From: an uncultured Verrucomicrobiae bacterium
GTDB taxonomy: Bacteria > Verrucomicrobiota > Verrucomicrobiia > Chthoniobacterales > Chthoniobacteraceae
DNA: 64,000 nucleotides
Reading direction: 5' to 3'
NCBI GenBank assembly: GCA_963836755.1
Contig: CAWIKF010000002.1
Span: 736,001 to 800,000 of the forward strand
The first letter of the stretch is position 1. Each line of letters begins with the position of its first letter. Shown piece by piece: positions 60,699 to 64,000 of the stretch. A program made the translations under genes and the position numbers. A model generated the notes under the pieces. That model was given only the letters and a program-made list of their open reading frames with translations. It was not told the origin of the DNA and searched no databases.

Positions 60699-61911
60699 TC
60701 AGTGCGGCGAGGCGGCGGGTGAACCTCCAGCCGCGGGCGCGGGCGGTTCAGCCTTTGCCTGCACGACGGCGCCTTCCTCGAGATCATCGGTCGGGTTCAT
60801 CACCGCCTGCGCATTTGGCGGCAAGCCGCTCAGCACCTCGATCTGCGTGCCGAAATCGCGCCCGATCCTGATGTTGCACCAATGGATTTTTCCCTGCGCA
60901 TTCACCGTCGCCACCTGCGGCCCGGCGGCGCGGAAGGCGACCGCATTCGATGGCAGCACGATCGGCGTGTTTGCATCCTCGAGCATAAAATTCACCTCGC
61001 CATACATTCCGGCGAATAGCGTTCCGTCGGGATTCGGCACCTGCACCTCGATCTGCATCGTGCGCGACGCCGGGTCAATCGCGCCAGCCGTCCGCGTGAC
61101 CGTGCCGGAAAATTCGCGACCCGGATATTCCGGCGCGACGAACTTTGCCGCGAGTCCTTCGTGAATGCTCGGCGCGTTCGACTGCGGCACGTAAACGTAG
61201 ACCCGCAGCGGATCCGTTTGCGCGATGCGGAAAAGTGGCGTGCCGGCCGTGCCGCTGCCCGCTGAGACGAGCGCGCCGACATCCACGCGGCGTGACGTGA
61301 TTTTGCCGGGGAAGGGCGCGATGACGTTTTGGAATCCCTGCGTTTGCTCGAGCTGCTTCACGTTTGCCTGCGCCGCTTCGTATGCCGCTTCCTTCTCGTC
61401 AAAATCCTGCGGCGCGACGACCCGCTTTTCCACCAATTCCCGCCACCGCTGCGCCGTTACGCGAGCGATTTCAAAATTCGCGCGCGCCTGCGCGAGCTGC
61501 TGGTCGATCTCCGGCGTCGCGATCGCCGCGAGGAGCTGCCCGGCCTTCACGTCGTCGCCGATATCCACCAGCCATTTCTCGACGTAGCCATTCGCGCGCG
61601 CATAAAGCGTCGCTCTCCTGGAACGCCTGCGCGTCGCCCGGCAGCGTCAAAACCTGCGGCTTCGTGTCGCGCTTCGCCTGCACGACATTCACGGTCAACG
61701 CCGTCGCTTTTTTCTGGAAATTCTCCTGCTCTCGCCGGTTCTCCACGCGCTTCCATGAGACGAGGATGATTAAAATCGCCAGCACGGTCACGACGAGCAG
61801 CGGTCCCCAGATCGCGATCTTCCGCTCCGGCGCGTGCCGGTGCCGATGCTCCGGTTGCGGCGGCTCGTGGCGATGCGATTGCGGCGGTGGCAGTTCCTGA
61901 ACGGTGCTCAT
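60699..61911 (-). CDS. RND membrane fusion protein (apparent +1 frameshift near 61614)
   Basis: MSTVQEL...LPGDAQAFQE continues as ATLYARANGYVEKWLVDIGD...APFPGKIT after removing one base. Confidence 0.88.
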
Positions 61912-61914
61912 TGG

Positions 61915-64000
61915 TTAATCATCGTTTCGTCGCTCGGCTTTGCGTCTTTGCGCGGCGCGGTCCTGTTTTTCCGCATGCTCGTTGCGCTCCTCCTCCGCGG
62001 CATCGACTTCCTCCTCCGAATCCTCAGTGAAATCTTTTTTCCGCAAAATGCTGTAAACCACCGGCACGAAAAACAGCGTCGCAAATGTCGCGATCAAAAG
62101 CCCGCCGATCACCGCGCGACCGAGCGGCGCGTTCTGCTCGCCGCCTTCGCCCAGCCCGAGCGACATCGGCAACATCCCGATGATCATCGCCAGCGCCGTC
62201 ATCACGACCGGCCGCAGCCGCGTGTGACCCGCCGACAGCGCCGCGTCGAACGCATTTTTCCCGACGCAGCGCTCATCGTTTGCAAAAGTCACCAGCAGGA
62301 TCGAGTTCGAAGTCGCCACGCCGATCGCCATGATTGCGCCCATCAAGCTCGGCACATTCAGCGTCGTTCCCGTCAAAAACAGCATCCAGATGATCCCGCA
62401 CAACGCGCCCGGCAGCGCCATGATGATGATGAACGGATCGGTCCAACTTTGGAAATTCACGACCATTAAAAAATAGACCAGCACGATCGCGAAACAGATC
62501 CCGCCGGCGAGCCCGATGAACGATTTGTTCATGCTCTCGACCTGACCGCGCACCGAGACGGTCGTGCCGCGCGGCAACTTTGAGCGGACGTTATCGAGCA
62601 CTTTGTTGATCCCGCTCGAGACGCTGCCGAGGTCGGTTCCCTGCACGTTTGCGAGCACGTCATAAACCGGCTGGACGTTGTAATGATTCACGATCACCGG
62701 CGATTCGCGCCGCTCGATGGTCGACGAGATTTCCGAGCAATTCCGGCCGCGGCAGATTCGGCGACACGATCGGCGTGTTCAGCAAATCCTGCAGCGTGTC
62801 CATCTTGTATTGCGGCGTCTGCACGGCCACCTGGTAATTCACGCCGTTCTGAAAGTTCAGCCAAAAATTGGGCGCGTTCTGAAAGCTCGAGCTGAGCGAA
62901 ATCAGCACCGAGCCCGCCACATCGCGCTGCGTGAGCCCGAGCTGCTCGGCGCGCGTCCGGTCCACATTCACGCGCAGCTCGGGGCCATTCGTGAGTTGAT
63001 GCAAATGGACATCCGCCGCGCCGGGAATCTGTTTCACCTGTTGCTCGATCTCCTTTGCAACCTCGACATTTTTCGGGTCGCGTCCGCCGATCTGGATGTC
63101 GATCGGCGCGGGAATGCCGAAATTCAAAATCTGCGAGACGATGTCCGGCGCGGAGAAAAAGAACTCCATGTCCGGAAAATCGTGCCGCAATCTTTCGCGC
63201 AAAGTTTTCATGTAGCCCGCGACCGGGTGATGATTCTCCGGATCGAGCGCGACGAGGATTTCGCCATCCGCCGCGCTGAGAGTGGCGCTGTCGCCAAAGG
63301 CGAGATTGATGCCGCTGACTGGCAGGCCGATGTTGTCGAGCATCGTCTTGATCTCATTCGCCGGGATCAACTTTCGGATTTCCTGCCCGACCTGGTAAAA
63401 GCGCTCCTCGGTCGCCTCGACGCGCGTCCCGGCCGGTGCGGTCACGTGCAAGCGGATTTGGCCGGCATCGACCGCTGGGAAAAAGTCGCGCCCGAGGAAC
63501 GGGACGAGGCAGAGCGAGATGAGCAAAAAACCGCCCATGCAGAGGAAAATGAACACGCGATGATGCAGCGACCACTCGAGCCAGCCGGTGTAGCGGTCGC
63601 GCACCCGGTCGAAGCCGGCGTTGAAGCGGTCGTGGACGTGGCCGAACCAGGCGAAAATGCCGCGGCGACGCCGCGCGGGCTCTGCTTTTCTCTCCGCAAA
63701 GTCTGCTTTTGCGCCTGCGAAGGATGCTTTGGAGCCTGCAACGTCTGCTTTTGAGGCTGCAACGTCTGTTTTTGAGCGTGCAACGTCTGCTTTTGTGCCT
63801 GCAACCGCTGCTTTGGAGGCTGCGTAGTCTGGTTTTGAGGCTGCGTAGTCTGCTTTTGCGGCTGCAACGTCTGTTTTGGAACTTGCAACGTCTGCTTTGG
63901 AGCCGGCGTAATCTGCTTTGGAGCCTGCAAAGTCTGATTTTCCCTCTGCGCCGCCGCCTTCCACCTCCTCGGGATGCTCTTTCAGTAGATATTTCACCAT
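61915..64000 (-). CDS. RND efflux permease (5' partial; apparent +1 frameshift near 62725)
   Basis: DFFPAVDAGQIRL...; after the shift TIERRESPVIVNHYNVQP...RLRPVVMTALAM...QNAPLGRAVIGGL. Confidence 0.9.
63680..63940 (-). repeat. In-frame 21-bp tandem array (12 heptads) inside the RND gene
   Basis: KSDFAGS KADYAGS KADVASS KTDVAAA KADYAAS ... KADFAER. Confidence 0.9.

Overview
High-GC bacterial chromosome segment. The gene content and style suggest a Verrucomicrobiota/Chthoniobacterales-like organism; this is inference only. From left to right: the 3' end of a DinG helicase; a sigma54-preceded outer-membrane protein plus urtABCDE urea ABC transporter; a two-gene Cys-rich locus that includes an unannotated 54-aa secreted metallothionein-like peptide; MarR-MFP-RND efflux; a rhodanese and an aldo-keto reductase. 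A ~27.5 kb accessory island (~16.0-43.7 kb) abuts the 3' end of tRNA-Asn. It carries secreted CAZymes (GH95-like, GH43-like, GH92, GH130-like, GH35, GH29, an unassigned CBM35 protein), ThuA proteins, an MFS transporter, a sigma54-driven Fn3 gene and a complete integron (intI, attI, 4 cassettes, 3 full and 1 truncated attC). A 41-bp hairpin tandem array resembling attI sits directly downstream of intI. Core genes follow: lutABC, rhaD/rhaB, FMN reductase, RsbU-type regulator, GH57, xerD, purC, arfB-like, nagBA, aldose epimerase, mbfA and a second RND system. Three separate degenerate 21-bp tandem arrays of about 12-14 units occur, one in-frame inside the RND gene. Five genes carry +1 frameshifts that are most likely sequencing errors. 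The best novelty candidates are the 41-bp attI-like array/integron/sigma54-Fn3 module and the leader ORF plus exported metallothionein-like peptide.
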